From: a virus
IMG/VR virus record: IMGVR_UViG_3300018080_000100
DNA length: 64,000 nt
Direction: 5' to 3' (one strand)
Positions 18,153 to 28,614 of this stretch are shown piece after piece. Every line of letters starts with the position of its first letter. The first letter of the stretch is position 1. The translations under genes and the position numbers were made by a program. The notes beneath the pieces are model-generated. The model made no database searches. It saw only the letters and a list, made by a program, of their open reading frames with translations, and was not told where the DNA came from.

Positions 18153-19270
18153 TGCGAGCTGATCGCGCGCCGTAGGCTATCGGTGGTGCAGATGTCGTTG
18201 TCGATGTACTCTTTCAGTGCCAGGATCGGCGACTCGCCCTCATCGACATCGATCGCGTCGACTTCTGGGAGCGTTACAGGGCCTTGACCAGCGCGCGTAA
18301 CGGACTCGACGCCCATGGCCATCTTGTACGTCTCTGCGATGCGCACGTACTGCATGATGTGCTGGATCTTGCCGTTAGCCATCTCCTGGTCGGCCAGCTG
18401 CAAAGCCATGTCGACCTCCCGCGGCAGCAGCCCGCGGAATACGACCTTGACGCGCCCGCCAAACAGGTTGATCTCCTTACGGAAACGCGCTTCGCCCATG
18501 ATCGCTGCCAGGTAGGCCGCGACATCCTCGTTCGTGGGCGTGACCAGTTCGCCGTTCAGGTCGTGGTTGCAGCGCGGGCAGTTGACGGTGGTGCCGGCCA
18601 GGTCGCCGCCAGCGCCTTCGATCGGACCTGCGTCAAACCCGTCCGTCTGCGGTGCTTCGGGTTCCTCGTCGACTGGGTCGGGTCCCTTCTCCTTCAACTT
18701 GAACGGTGGCGCAGGCGGCGCGTCTGCCGCAGCGGGCGGCGCGGGAACGTCGCGCTCGCGCTCGGCCTCAGCTGCGGCCGTGGCTACCGCCACCGCGGCG
18801 GCTGCGCCCGGCTTTGCCATCATGGCCCGCTTGGCGGCCATCCGCTTGTGCTTTGCGGCCTGGCGTTTGGCCGTCATGCTGTCCTGTAGTTCGTCCATTT
18901 CCTGGAACACGCGCAACGCTTCGGCGCGCTCAGCAGGCGGCAGCGTATCGACGTCCACCGGCTCGGGCGGATCGATAGCTGGCGTGCTAGGATCGATCGG
19001 GTTCAGGTGTGAATGGTCGGCGGCCTTGGCAACCACAGTGGCGACCTGATCCTGCAGGTCGTCGGTGATCTTCACGCTGCTTGGCGCTGCGTCCACAGGC
19101 GCTGCCATGGCCTCCCTAACCAGCACATGCTCCGTTTCGGTCAATTCCTCGGTGCCACGCACCGCATCCAGAGGCACTCTGCCGATTACAGTACCGGGCC
19201 GCATCGGGAGCCCTTGATGGCCCTCGTTGGCGGTCGGGACTGGGAAACGGCCACGTCTTGCCTTACTCAT
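18074..19270 (-). CDS. hypothetical tail-assembly protein with Ala/Pro-rich linker
   Basis: 398-aa ORF. Contains a CPRC motif and the AAAVAVATAAAEAERE linker. Confidence 0.45.
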   Translation of the reverse strand: MSKARRGRFPVPTANEGHQGLPMRPGTVIGRVPLDAVRGTEELTETEHVLVREAMAAPVDAAPSSVKITDDLQDQVATVVAKAADHSHLNPIDPSTPAIDPPEPVDVDTLPPAERAEALRVFQEMDELQDSMTAKRQAAKHKRMAAKRAMMAKPGAAAAVAVATAAAEAERERDVPAPPAAADAPPAPPFKLKEKGPDPVDEEPEAPQTDGFDAGPIEGAGGDLAGTTVNCPRCNHDLNGELVTPTNEDVAAYLAAIMGEARFRKEINLFGGRVKVVFRGLLPREVDMALQLADQEMANGKIQHIMQYVRIAETYKMAMGVESVTRAGQGPVTLPEVDAIDVDEGESPILALKEYIDNDICTTDSLRRAISSQWVQFNQVLQYMEAKAEDPDFFDRTA

Positions 19271-19282
19271 CTTCTTCTCCCT

Positions 19283-22096
19283 TTAGCTTGCGGGATTGTG
19301 ATAGTAGTTGCCATCGATCTCAACGAGATTCGGTGCATCTAGTGTAACAGTTGCCTCATAGGTAGCGCCACGGTCTTCTGCCGTGCCGGCTGATACGTCG
19401 TACAGCTTATTGTCCACGGTCCGGTACGCTGTGCCCGCTGTCAGGCGATCCTTACCCGGGAATGGATACGTATCTTCGCTGGAGTCGTTGCTTTCGACTG
19501 CGTTCTCGGACCATTTTGGTACTGCGTCGCCGTTCTCACGGACCATCTGCTGCCAGCGCGCCTCGTACATGGTGAAGTATTGGGCCTTCATGTCGGCGGT
19601 CAGCCGCATGTCAAACCACGCTGATTTCACGACGTCGATGTTGCCGGGGCGCCCGGTAGCGTACCACATCGTGTTGAGGTCGATGCCCCAGCGCGTGGTA
19701 CTCCACGTACGCAGTGTGGCTTCATAGGTATGCCCGCTGTTGATAGCAGTACAAGCAGCACTGGTGCCGGCCTTGGCGACCATGCCGCCCGCCGTGGAGT
19801 AATAATGCCCAGAGCACGAGACCACGTCGTTGCGGACCAGGTGCGAACCATAGTTCAACAGGTCACCGTCGATGAAGACGTCGTTGCACAGTGTTGCACC
19901 GTCCTCGGTGAAGAAGTTGACCTGCCGGGTCGTCGCGTCGTCTGGGAACGCATGCATCACTGCGCACTGGACCCAGTGCTTAACGAACTCGGACCGGGTG
20001 ATGATGTCGCCCTTGCCCTTGGTATCGAGGACGATGTCGCCCTCTTTCGGCTGTGACGGCGGCGTCGTGCTGACACCGTCCACCTTACCGAGGGCGTCGC
20101 CCATCTTCGTCATCAGGTAGACGTTTCGTCCCCAGCCGACGATCTCCGAGTTCTTGGCCTTCATCACGATGCCGGTATGATAAGCGTGCTCGCCAACAAC
20201 GTCCCAGGAATATAGCGAGTGGCCCTGTGTGCCGTTGACCGGGCTTTCGGATATATCTGAGCGCGACTCGATGAACACGCCGTACGCGCCGCCGCCGTTC
20301 GCGCCGAGCATGTTCAAGTTCTGCTCGGCTTTGAGCCGTACGTCCGCCTCACTGGCTGAGATGTCCACACTGTTGTGTGCGCGCAGACAGATGTCGCGGC
20401 CACCCCAGGCGATGACGTTACGGCCAGGAGCTAGGAACACATCGCCGGGGCACTCCAGGAAGATGCAGCCGCCGGCCATGCGGATCTCAGAGCCCCAGCC
20501 GTCGCCGATACAGACACCGCCCTCGTCGGTGATGGTGAAGTATGCAGTGTTCTTGTAGACCGTAGCGCTGGTCTCTGGTGTACGATGGTCGTACTGGATA
20601 GTTTCGGTGCCCGGGACGTCCAAATACCACTGGCTAGTGCTGTCGAGGTCGGCCCAGGTCGGAATATCCTGGTTGGAGTCGACGTGCGCGTAATCGCCCT
20701 CTTCTGGCAGGTAGAAGTCGTTCTCGTGGTAATGGAACGGGTGCGAGCCTTCCCAGTTGAACAGGTGCGCATGCAGGTCGGGCACCGAGGAGGCCATGAA
20801 CAGATGGCGCTCGTCCGCAAGCACACTGCCGCTGACGCCCGGCGTAGGCTGTACTTTGTGCGATGACCCGCCGCCGTAGTAGCCAGAGGCCATGTAGTTC
20901 GTGGAATTGTCGCCATCTTCGGCTGTGACGATCTGGTTGCGCTTTGGTACCGGGATGATCGGGCGCTTGGCCAGCGTGAATCCCAATGCAGAGCGCACGC
21001 CCCAGTGGCCGGACAGCGCAATCTGCTGTTCGTGCAATCCAACAGGCTCGTAGTACGTGTCGCTGTACAGCAACTCGTTCTCTGAGCTACTGTAGTCAGG
21101 CGCACACAGCAGCTTCTTCTGGCCTTGTCCGAGGTAACCGGCGTACGTGCGGAATCGGTGGAACGGCTGCAGATCGTCGTTGGTCGGTTCGATCCGGCCG
21201 TACCACGGATATGTGTTCTGAATGTTGTCCGCGGTAAGCTCAGCACTGGAGCCAGAATACGGGCTCTCCAGCATACCCTGGTGCTCCCACGGGTAGACTG
21301 AGATGCCGTGGTAGTAGACGGTCTCGCCTTCGTCGTCGTAGACTTCGCGCTCGGTAGGCCCGGCCCACTCCTGGAACTGTTGGCCGGCAACACGGCATAG
21401 GCCGTCCCAGTAGAAGACCCAGATGCCCGTGTACTCGTCGGCGCGCATGAACGACATGTACGAGTCCAGATGCAGCATCACGCCCAGCTCGGACGCTCTG
21501 TTGAACTCGCCGATCTCCATGCTGTCGATAGGCGTACGGCCGGACCAGTCGGTGATACCGCCGTTGAGATCAACGGAGCCGCTATAGGCAGTGCCGCCTA
21601 GGCTGAACGGATACTGCGGGCCGGATTCGACTTTCAGCCCGGTATTGGAGCCCTGGCTGATGATGTCGCCGTAGCACTTCGTGGGATCCCACATGTACAC
21701 GGGCTCGACACCGATGATGGTGCCGGATGTGCCGTTCGGAAGCCGCATGAAGCGCACATGCGTGCCTGGTACGAGCGTATCAGCATCGTACGCGCCGATC
21801 GGTGTGACGGACGCGCTCATACACTTCGAGCAGTCTATCGCCATATTGCCGCCGTCCGGCAACACTTTGTAGCAGCGAGCCAGCGGGATGCCGTCGATGA
21901 TGATGCCGAACTCTACGCGGCCGTCGGTAGCGAGGTCATGTTGATGACTTTGCCCCGCGCCCATGCTATCTTCGGCGGGACGCTGATCCCCGGCGTGTCC
22001 GGGTGAACTACGCGTATTCCAATCGTTCGCACGCGCGAGTCTGCCGAGATTCTCAGCAGCGAACGCGGCGCCATGGGCAAACAGTTGTCCAAACAT
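19283..22096 (-). CDS. large tail fibre/tailspike-like protein (possible beta-helix)
   Basis: 937-aa ORF. Repetitive G/N/V/I-rich stretches (NVIAWGGRDICLRAHNSVDISASEADVRLKAEQNLNMLGANGGGAYGVFIESRSDI) suggest a parallel beta-helix. Confidence 0.45.
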   Translation of the reverse strand: MFGQLFAHGAAFAAENLGRLARANDWNTRSSPGHAGDQRPAEDSMGAGQSHQHDLATDGRVEFGIIIDGIPLARCYKVLPDGGNMAIDCSKCMSASVTPIGAYDADTLVPGTHVRFMRLPNGTSGTIIGVEPVYMWDPTKCYGDIISQGSNTGLKVESGPQYPFSLGGTAYSGSVDLNGGITDWSGRTPIDSMEIGEFNRASELGVMLHLDSYMSFMRADEYTGIWVFYWDGLCRVAGQQFQEWAGPTEREVYDDEGETVYYHGISVYPWEHQGMLESPYSGSSAELTADNIQNTYPWYGRIEPTNDDLQPFHRFRTYAGYLGQGQKKLLCAPDYSSSENELLYSDTYYEPVGLHEQQIALSGHWGVRSALGFTLAKRPIIPVPKRNQIVTAEDGDNSTNYMASGYYGGGSSHKVQPTPGVSGSVLADERHLFMASSVPDLHAHLFNWEGSHPFHYHENDFYLPEEGDYAHVDSNQDIPTWADLDSTSQWYLDVPGTETIQYDHRTPETSATVYKNTAYFTITDEGGVCIGDGWGSEIRMAGGCIFLECPGDVFLAPGRNVIAWGGRDICLRAHNSVDISASEADVRLKAEQNLNMLGANGGGAYGVFIESRSDISESPVNGTQGHSLYSWDVVGEHAYHTGIVMKAKNSEIVGWGRNVYLMTKMGDALGKVDGVSTTPPSQPKEGDIVLDTKGKGDIITRSEFVKHWVQCAVMHAFPDDATTRQVNFFTEDGATLCNDVFIDGDLLNYGSHLVRNDVVSCSGHYYSTAGGMVAKAGTSAACTAINSGHTYEATLRTWSTTRWGIDLNTMWYATGRPGNIDVVKSAWFDMRLTADMKAQYFTMYEARWQQMVRENGDAVPKWSENAVESNDSSEDTYPFPGKDRLTAGTAYRTVDNKLYDVSAGTAEDRGATYEATVTLDAPNLVEIDGNYYHNPAS

Positions 22097-22149
22097 ATTC
22101 TCACCGACATGGTCCTATACCCTAGAGACAATTCTCCGAGCGGGCGACG

Positions 22150-22611
22150 TTACGAAACTGCGTATGTCATCCAGAGGAAGACGAAACCGAGTTGCTCGTT
22201 GACGACCATGTCCTGCGCTGCGACAGATCCGCCATAACTGTTGATGATCACGTGCTGCATGACCACCGTTACTGTGGCACCAGACGGACCGCCTTGGCAT
22301 TCCGCGTCCATGGCAACCGTCAACGAGTTTCCGTCGCTGTAGCAGACGTTTCCGTATTTCAGGAAGAACGCAGCTGCCAGTGCGGATGGGCCCATCACAC
22401 GCGACATGGAGCCTTGGCCCTGTGTACGGCCGCCGACCAGCACAATGTCCGTGGAGGTCACGTCGTAGAGCCGCGTGATGTTCTGGATGTAATTCCACAT
22501 CAAGTTCTGGACCAGGAGCCCAGTGTACTTCGAGTCGAACGTAATGGAGGCGCCGTCTGCGCTGAATGCGCCGCCGTACGTGACATCATTTGAAAACATG
22601 TCGGTAGCCAT
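22150..22611 (-). CDS. hypothetical structural protein
   Basis: 153-aa ORF with AGGAGGT RBS. Confidence 0.45.
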   Translation of the reverse strand: MATDMFSNDVTYGGAFSADGASITFDSKYTGLLVQNLMWNYIQNITRLYDVTSTDIVLVGGRTQGQGSMSRVMGPSALAAAFFLKYGNVCYSDGNSLTVAMDAECQGGPSGATVTVVMQHVIINSYGGSVAAQDMVVNEQLGFVFLWMTYAVS

Positions 22612-22696
22612 TAGGGCGACCTCCTATACGCAATGACTTGTTACTACTATCTATCCCCGCCACCAGCCGGACCTTCAAGCGCCGTCCGGCAGAGCG

Positions 22697-23350
22697 CTAA
22701 CACAAGCCCGCACCTCCGCAGTCCGGTATGTATGTCTCGAAGATCTGCGACAAACGTACGTCCGTAGGCGCATGCTCGCGGGTTTGCCATGCCTCGTTCC
22801 AGCCGTAAGCGACCGTGACCGGCACGACATAGCTCTTGGTCGTCTCCTCGATCTGGCTCAATGCGCCGACGTCAACCAGCTCGAACTGGAGCAGGTTGAA
22901 GCTGCTACGGAACACCTCGCCGAAATGCATCAGGAAGCGGTACGTCTCGGCTACCAGGATCTCCGCCTCGCCGCCCTCTGGCGATATGCAGAACAGCGTG
23001 TGGCTGCCGCGCCAGAGTTTGACGTACTGCGGATTGCCATCGACGGTACCTGTCTTGCCGCCGAGTGTCAGCCGCTTCATGTGTTTCCATCCGTTACGCT
23101 TGACCACGATGCCCGGACGATTCTGTGTGCGCGTTGGCGTCCACACATTGGCGTCCTCGATCAGGATGCCTGTCGTGTCCTCGTTGCCCGTAGTCTGCGT
23201 GAACAGGCGCTCCCGGAACACGCCCTGCTCAATGTTGTCCTCCGATGCAAAATGTTCACGTAGGAGCAGCAGGAACAGGCCCGTCATGATCTGCGGGCGC
23301 GGCCCTAGCGTGCACAGGTTGCTTTCGTGGTATGTCCTATCTTCCGGCAT
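22697..23350 (-). CDS. hypothetical protein
   Basis: 217-aa ORF. Confidence 0.45.
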   Translation of the reverse strand: MPEDRTYHESNLCTLGPRPQIMTGLFLLLLREHFASEDNIEQGVFRERLFTQTTGNEDTTGILIEDANVWTPTRTQNRPGIVVKRNGWKHMKRLTLGGKTGTVDGNPQYVKLWRGSHTLFCISPEGGEAEILVAETYRFLMHFGEVFRSSFNLLQFELVDVGALSQIEETTKSYVVPVTVAYGWNEAWQTREHAPTDVRLSQIFETYIPDCGGAGLC

Positions 23351-23503
23351 TCTTCGGGCCCTTTATCGGCAGGAAGGATGGCTCGCGCATCAGCTCCTGA
23401 TCGATCAATGAGATCGAATCGAGCGGCGGGACCCAGTTATTGATGCTGAGCGTCGGAAGGAGCGGATTGCGCTCCTTCTCCTCTGGTTCCTTAGGCTCAG
23501 TCA

Positions 23504-24313
23504 TCAGCTTCCCTCCTCTGGATCTACAGTGTAGATGATATCACCGAACTCAGCCAGCCGCAGCTCTGCACGCACGATTATGGGCACTCTGCCCAGCTCG
23601 GCAAGCGTCTGCACTTGGCCGATAACGTAGCGACGATCGCTATTGGCGTCGATCCACACGTCGTTCCGATGGAGCATCGGCACGCCGACGAACGAACCGG
23701 CCAATGTGACATCATTGACAGTACCCTTCTCCGAGCGCTTCGTGTCGTTGCCCTCGGGCGTCAGGTCGTACATCGTGTTCTCGGTGGCCTTCCAGTACCC
23801 GTCGACCTTGCCGGTGCCGTGGCAGACGGCGCAGTCGGAGTTCAGGATGCCGCCCGTGATCGGGTCGACGCAGCCGGTCTCAGTACAGGCCGTGCCGTAC
23901 AGCTTGCGCTTCATCAGGTAGCCAGGAAGCCGATCAAGGCCGCGTGGCGTAAGTAGTTGCCGGCGGATGATTGCACGCGCTTGAAGCCACTGGCGCTTAG
24001 ACAGGTTGCCGAGTACCTGTGCGTTCTCGCTCGTGTATGTCTCCCACGGCGTCGTGAGCACGACCCGGTACGCCGTACGCAGCGACTTGGCGTGCTGGCG
24101 CTGGCTGTCGTCGAGGGCGTAGTACGTGTTGCGCACCGACGAGCCGACGTTGGACCAGGTGCCGCCACCGTCCTGGTTGACCTGGAGCTGGAAGTCCCAA
24201 GGCAACGGATCGAGCAGATCTTCACGTACCTCCCACGTGATGCGGGCTCCGCCGGTCATGGCGTAGTCCACATAGATCCGCTTGATGCCGTCTTCGCTCT
24301 TGGTTAGTGGCAT
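23504..24313 (-). CDS. hypothetical structural protein
   Basis: 269-aa ORF. One copy of the palindromic element sits directly upstream of its start. Confidence 0.45.
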   Translation of the reverse strand: MPLTKSEDGIKRIYVDYAMTGGARITWEVREDLLDPLPWDFQLQVNQDGGGTWSNVGSSVRNTYYALDDSQRQHAKSLRTAYRVVLTTPWETYTSENAQVLGNLSKRQWLQARAIIRRQLLTPRGLDRLPGYLMKRKLYGTACTETGCVDPITGGILNSDCAVCHGTGKVDGYWKATENTMYDLTPEGNDTKRSEKGTVNDVTLAGSFVGVPMLHRNDVWIDANSDRRYVIGQVQTLAELGRVPIIVRAELRLAEFGDIIYTVDPEEGS

Positions 24314-24315
24314 TG

Positions 24316-24339
24316 AATTTTATTCATGAGATCAAAGTT
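24316..24339. promoter_or_regulatory. copy 4 of the palindromic element (AATTTTATTCATGAGATCAAAGTT), opposite orientation
   Basis: Lies in the 28-nt intergenic gap upstream of the 23504..24313 gene. Confidence 0.45.
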
Positions 24340-24341
24340 GA

Positions 24342-25325
24342 CTACCAGCGCCACATGCCGAAGCGCCCGTACCGGCCGCCGAAGGTACCGAAGCCGCGCT
24401 GCGCATTCATCTGCGCCTTCTGGTGCATGACCATCTTCTTGAACTGCGCGTACTCGTCCTTCCAGGCCGAGTTGTACTCCCGATGCCGGTTCTTGTCGTC
24501 GGTCGTGGTGCCGCCAGCGCTGTGCTTGAAATGGTTACGGCGGTAGTGCTCTTCGGCCATCTGGAACAGGAACAGCTTGGTGCCGGCCGTCCAGATCTCT
24601 CTGAACGGGAACGTGAACGTCGAGTAGTTCGCCGCGTTCATGATCGGCGGCTGCTCGTTCCAGAAGTTGACCGTCCGGATCGCCGCATGGCAGATCTCCA
24701 CGACACCGAAGTCGTAGTTCTCCAGCAGCTCGTTCTCGTACGGGCTGTTGTCACGGAGCGCCAGGCGCATGTCGTCGACCAGTGGTGGGCCGTTGTACGT
24801 GCTGTCGCCGCAGCAGGTCCACGCCGAATGCTCCATGTAGATGTAGACCTCGTCGGTGAACAGCAGCTCGCCGTCGGAGTTGATCGCCCCAGCTTCTGCA
24901 AACCAAATACCAGGCTGCGTCATGACCTGGGACGGTACGACACACATGATGATGCCGTCCGCGGCAGACAGCACCGCGGCCTGGATCTGGTACGTGGTCG
25001 GGATCTTCATCGACGCCTCGCGGAAGCGCACCATGACATGGCCATAGGTGGGGCTGGCGCTAGAGCTCGAGCTGGAGTCCAGCATCTCGAGCCCGGCGCT
25101 GCCTGAAATGCCATAGCTGGACAGATTGACGCCGTTGCCGTCGCGATCGCGCATGATCATGCGCAAATAGACGGTCGTACCCTCTCTGGCCTTGCACGCA
25201 CGCTTCTTGGTCAGCAGCTGCTCGTCGAACGCCTCGCTGATCTCCGGGATCAGGATGTCGAGGTCGTTGCACGTCTGCAGCTCGTAGGCTGTGCGCAGCC
25301 AAATCGGTGTAGCATTAACAGGCAT
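24342..25325 (-). CDS. hypothetical structural protein
   Basis: 327-aa ORF. Confidence 0.45.
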   Translation of the reverse strand: MPVNATPIWLRTAYELQTCNDLDILIPEISEAFDEQLLTKKRACKAREGTTVYLRMIMRDRDGNGVNLSSYGISGSAGLEMLDSSSSSSASPTYGHVMVRFREASMKIPTTYQIQAAVLSAADGIIMCVVPSQVMTQPGIWFAEAGAINSDGELLFTDEVYIYMEHSAWTCCGDSTYNGPPLVDDMRLALRDNSPYENELLENYDFGVVEICHAAIRTVNFWNEQPPIMNAANYSTFTFPFREIWTAGTKLFLFQMAEEHYRRNHFKHSAGGTTTDDKNRHREYNSAWKDEYAQFKKMVMHQKAQMNAQRGFGTFGGRYGRFGMWRW

Positions 25326-25336
25326 TGGCTAGCTCC

Positions 25337-27181
25337 TTACGAGGAGACGACGACATCTTGTGTATCCGGGCCGTACTCTCCCTGCTTGTAGTAAACGAAG
25401 GTGTACGTATCGGCGTTGAGTCGGAACTCGTTCTCAAAGCGGCCGTTGGCATCGGTACGCGTCTCAGCGCGCACGTAGTTGCGCGTGCGGTTGCCGGCGT
25501 CGTAGTCGGTCTTGAGGTACGCCTGGACGGTAGCGTCGTCGACGGCCTGACCGCCATCAACGATGTAGGCCAGGTTGTCCGTGCCGCCGTAGTCATGGTC
25601 GACCGAAATCGAGCCGACGCCACTGAAGCAGATCGATGCCCAGTTGGCGTCGCCGTGGGTAAGGATGTGCTCGTGCGCACAGCAGCAGGGCCACGTACGC
25701 GGCAAGCCACATGTGAGTGCGGCAGTTGTGCCGTACCAGCAGTTGACGTTGACGCACGGCATACCGATACCGCATGCGGCTGTGCAGTTCCACAGCGACA
25801 CATCCACTGCCGGAATACCAAATCCGGAGACCGGTCCCTGGTCCCAGCAGCAAACGTTGACGCTCGGGTATCCTCCGACGCCCTGGGCTGTCTGTGCGTA
25901 CCACTTACAAACATCAGTTTGAAGAAGGTAGCAGCCCGGCGTATCTGAGGCAGACGCGCGCACCAGATAGCCAGCACATTCCACGGCGTTCACTACGACA
26001 CACGGAAAGCCACCGAGGTCGCCCTCAGCGGTATTGCCGCGCCACTCTTCGACGTTGACGTTGGGCAGTCCTGAAACTGGATCGCCCGCAACGGCGACAC
26101 CGTCCCAGTAGCAGACGTCGACGACCGGGACGCCGTTCGTGTTCACGGCATGCAATATCTGGCCGTTCCAGAGGCAGACGTCGGTGCACGGGAAGCCGTT
26201 GGCGCCCTTGGCTGTCGTGCCTTTCCATTCCGCCACGTCGACCTTCGGGAATCCGTTGATATCGATCGTGCCGCATACTTGTGTCGTGCGCCACTCCTTG
26301 ACATTGACATCCACAGTGCCACCGCTGGAAGTCTGCGACATGCTATCGCACTCTTTCCACTTCCATACCTGCATCATCGGCAGGGTTTTACCTGCCGCTG
26401 CGCCCGTAGCGCCGACGCTGGAACAGACATCGCCGCCGAGCCACTCGCAGACGTTGACGTTCGGAATACCGTTTGTATCGGACGCGACGAGTTGGGTCAG
26501 CCACTCCCTGACATTGACATCCACCGTACCGCCGCTGGAAGTCTGCGACATGCTCTCGCAGTTCTTCCACTTGCAGACCTGGATCATCGGCAGCGACTTA
26601 CCGTTGCCAATACCCAGTGTGCCGCACGTAGAGCAGACATCGCGGCCATTCCAGCACTCGACGTTGACCGGGATGTTCGGATTGGCCGCGAGGTTGGAGT
26701 AGCACCAGCACGTGACGTTCACGCACGGACGGAAGCCGGTGACCAGGTTGTTGCTCTCCCACGCGCACACATTGACCATCGGCATCGCATCGCCGCCGAA
26801 TGTGTGCGGCGTCATGACGTCAACACCCTGCCATTGGCAGACATTACCGGCCGGGATTTCGCGCAGCGATGAGATAATACCTATGGCGGTATCGGCGCCG
26901 TTGTCCGACTGCAAGTGAACCTTGACATTGGTGCCACTTGGGACAGTGAATTGTTCACTGTGCATCTGGCCTTCTGCTGCGCCAAAGCTCGCCGTTGGCT
27001 CATGCAGATGTAGCGGAACGCCAGCGACGCACACATCCATGGTCATGACATCGCCAGCCGGCGCGAGCGCTAAACAAACGACGGCCTCGTAGATCCCGTC
27101 GTCAGTTGGTGTATAACTGAGCAACTGACACCACGACGAGATATCCTTCGTCCCAGAATTACTGCAGCGTTGGATATACAT
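25337..27181 (-). CDS. tandem-repeat (Trp-containing about 20-25 aa repeat) fibre-like protein with C-terminal CarboxypepD_reg-like domain
   Basis: At least 14 repeats with core G(I/F/L)P.V(N/D)V.(E/K/C)W. A DNA-level duplication of about 219 bp spans 26281-26370 and 26500-26590. C-terminus ...TDANGRFENEFRLNADTYTFVYY matches the carboxypeptidase-regulatory/transthyretin-like fold signature. Confidence 0.6.
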   Translation of the reverse strand: MYIQRCSNSGTKDISSWCQLLSYTPTDDGIYEAVVCLALAPAGDVMTMDVCVAGVPLHLHEPTASFGAAEGQMHSEQFTVPSGTNVKVHLQSDNGADTAIGIISSLREIPAGNVCQWQGVDVMTPHTFGGDAMPMVNVCAWESNNLVTGFRPCVNVTCWCYSNLAANPNIPVNVECWNGRDVCSTCGTLGIGNGKSLPMIQVCKWKNCESMSQTSSGGTVDVNVREWLTQLVASDTNGIPNVNVCEWLGGDVCSSVGATGAAAGKTLPMMQVWKWKECDSMSQTSSGGTVDVNVKEWRTTQVCGTIDINGFPKVDVAEWKGTTAKGANGFPCTDVCLWNGQILHAVNTNGVPVVDVCYWDGVAVAGDPVSGLPNVNVEEWRGNTAEGDLGGFPCVVVNAVECAGYLVRASASDTPGCYLLQTDVCKWYAQTAQGVGGYPSVNVCCWDQGPVSGFGIPAVDVSLWNCTAACGIGMPCVNVNCWYGTTAALTCGLPRTWPCCCAHEHILTHGDANWASICFSGVGSISVDHDYGGTDNLAYIVDGGQAVDDATVQAYLKTDYDAGNRTRNYVRAETRTDANGRFENEFRLNADTYTFVYYKQGEYGPDTQDVVVSS

Positions 27182-27213
27182 GGTCTGTCCATCCTTGGAC
27201 TAAAGTGCGTTAG

Positions 27214-28206
27214 CTATGGTCCGCCCGACGCTGCTACGCCCTGTGGAATCATGTGCCGATACTGCACCGGCCACATCAAACTCCACCGCTCGGGGCTGTT
27301 GTTTACCGGGAAGATAATGCACGTCTGCATGTGGCCGATGACTCCGACTTGTACAGGCGCAAAACCGGCTTGGCGTGCTGCACTATTGAAATAGGAGCAC
27401 TCACAATGCGTCCGCTCCGAACGCGTCGGATCTTTGCCCATGTTCCACCACACGCCACGTGTGACGTTGCCGATCTGCTGCAAGCAGCGTAGCGACACGC
27501 GGAAGCACGCGGCGGCGAAGTTGCCGGGACCACTATGGCCACGGCCGCCTTGCGCACCGACATGGCCGCAGTAAACCAAATCGCCTACGGCTGTCAGCAG
27601 GTTCTCAGTCTCTCCGCACGGTACCATATCTGCGTCGAGCATAATCAGGTACTGCTTGCCGCGCGGCACGTCGTGGGCCAGGAACTCTCGCGTGACTCTG
27701 TTCCTAGTTACGTCGACGTCGTACGAGTCGTGGGCACGTCGCCAAAGCAGGCCCTTCGTCGACAACCATTGCGCCAGGAACTCGTTTGGGTCGCCTAGGA
27801 CGACGACCTGCATCTCTTCCAGCTTAGGCGCTTCCGGCGCCGGCATATTGCACGGATACGGGGGCGCTTCCGGTACCTGCACTGCGCCTTGTGGTGGCTG
27901 CGGCTGCTGTGGCTGCGGCGCTTGGCCCATGGATTGCTCCAACTGCGGCTGCAGATACGGCGCCGGATTCAACGGACCGCGCTGCTGTTGCTGTTGGTTC
28001 ACCTGGCCGTAGCCAGGGATGGGTTGCTGCGCTACCATGCCTTGAGGTTGGCCTCCTGTTGCTGGCACCATTACAGGCTGTGGCTGCGCCGGCGCTTCAC
28101 TGTGAACAGGACTATCGGTTGCTGGCGTGGCTTTCACGCCGTTGGCTTCTTGCTCTTGCTTCGGACAAGGGCATCCGCCAGGGCTCTCCTGGGGGAGTCC
28201 AAGCAT
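27214..28206 (-). CDS. Pro/Gln-rich N-terminus fused to possible GT-A-like (DxD) domain
   Basis: The first 120 aa or so are Q/P low-complexity. The C-terminal domain carries QYLIMLDADMV. Confidence 0.35.
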   Translation of the reverse strand: MLGLPQESPGGCPCPKQEQEANGVKATPATDSPVHSEAPAQPQPVMVPATGGQPQGMVAQQPIPGYGQVNQQQQQRGPLNPAPYLQPQLEQSMGQAPQPQQPQPPQGAVQVPEAPPYPCNMPAPEAPKLEEMQVVVLGDPNEFLAQWLSTKGLLWRRAHDSYDVDVTRNRVTREFLAHDVPRGKQYLIMLDADMVPCGETENLLTAVGDLVYCGHVGAQGGRGHSGPGNFAAACFRVSLRCLQQIGNVTRGVWWNMGKDPTRSERTHCECSYFNSAARQAGFAPVQVGVIGHMQTCIIFPVNNSPERWSLMWPVQYRHMIPQGVAASGGP

Positions 28207-28228
28207 TCTTCACCTTCCTTTCAACAAG

Positions 28229-28498
28229 TTACTCGGGATCAGGCTCGGGGTCGGTCGCCATCTCTTCGACGTCGATGCCGCCGTATTTCAAGGCCATCGC
28301 CTTGATGTCGCCGTAGAAGTCGCGCAGGTCAGCCGCATCGTCGCCAAACTCAGCCAAAAGCGCAGCGCGCGTGTGCTGCTTGATGAGCCGGTTGATCTGG
28401 GCCAATGCGCCTGTGGCCTGACGGCTCACGCGCGTGACGATCTGGCGGATCTGGTTGGCGCCATCGGCAGCGGAATCTCGGGGGGCTACAAGTGTCAT
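28229..28498 (-). CDS. hypothetical small protein
   Basis: 89-aa ORF. Confidence 0.35.
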   Translation of the reverse strand: MTLVAPRDSAADGANQIRQIVTRVSRQATGALAQINRLIKQHTRAALLAEFGDDAADLRDFYGDIKAMALKYGGIDVEEMATDPEPDPE

Positions 28499-28549
28499 CG
28501 AAAGCTCCTTGTATGTATAGTCAAGCCGTTAGCTGGCTGCTTCCAGTCT

Positions 28550-28585
28550 ATCAAAAAATAAGGCGGCGGCACATGCCGCCGCCTT
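28550..28585 (-). terminator. rho-independent terminator
   Basis: AAGGCGGCGGC-ACAT-GCCGCCGCCTT, a perfect 11-bp stem, followed on the minus strand by ATTTTTTGA. Confidence 0.6.
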
Positions 28586-28614
28586 TGGTAACGACGCTAA
28601 GACTCGGAAAACAC

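Noticed and set aside
24307-24546. Plus-strand 79-aa ORF starting inside palindromic element copy 4
   Set aside because: Its ATG is simply the element's internal ATGA, and it lies antisense to two minus-strand genes. More likely a consequence of the palindrome than a gene.
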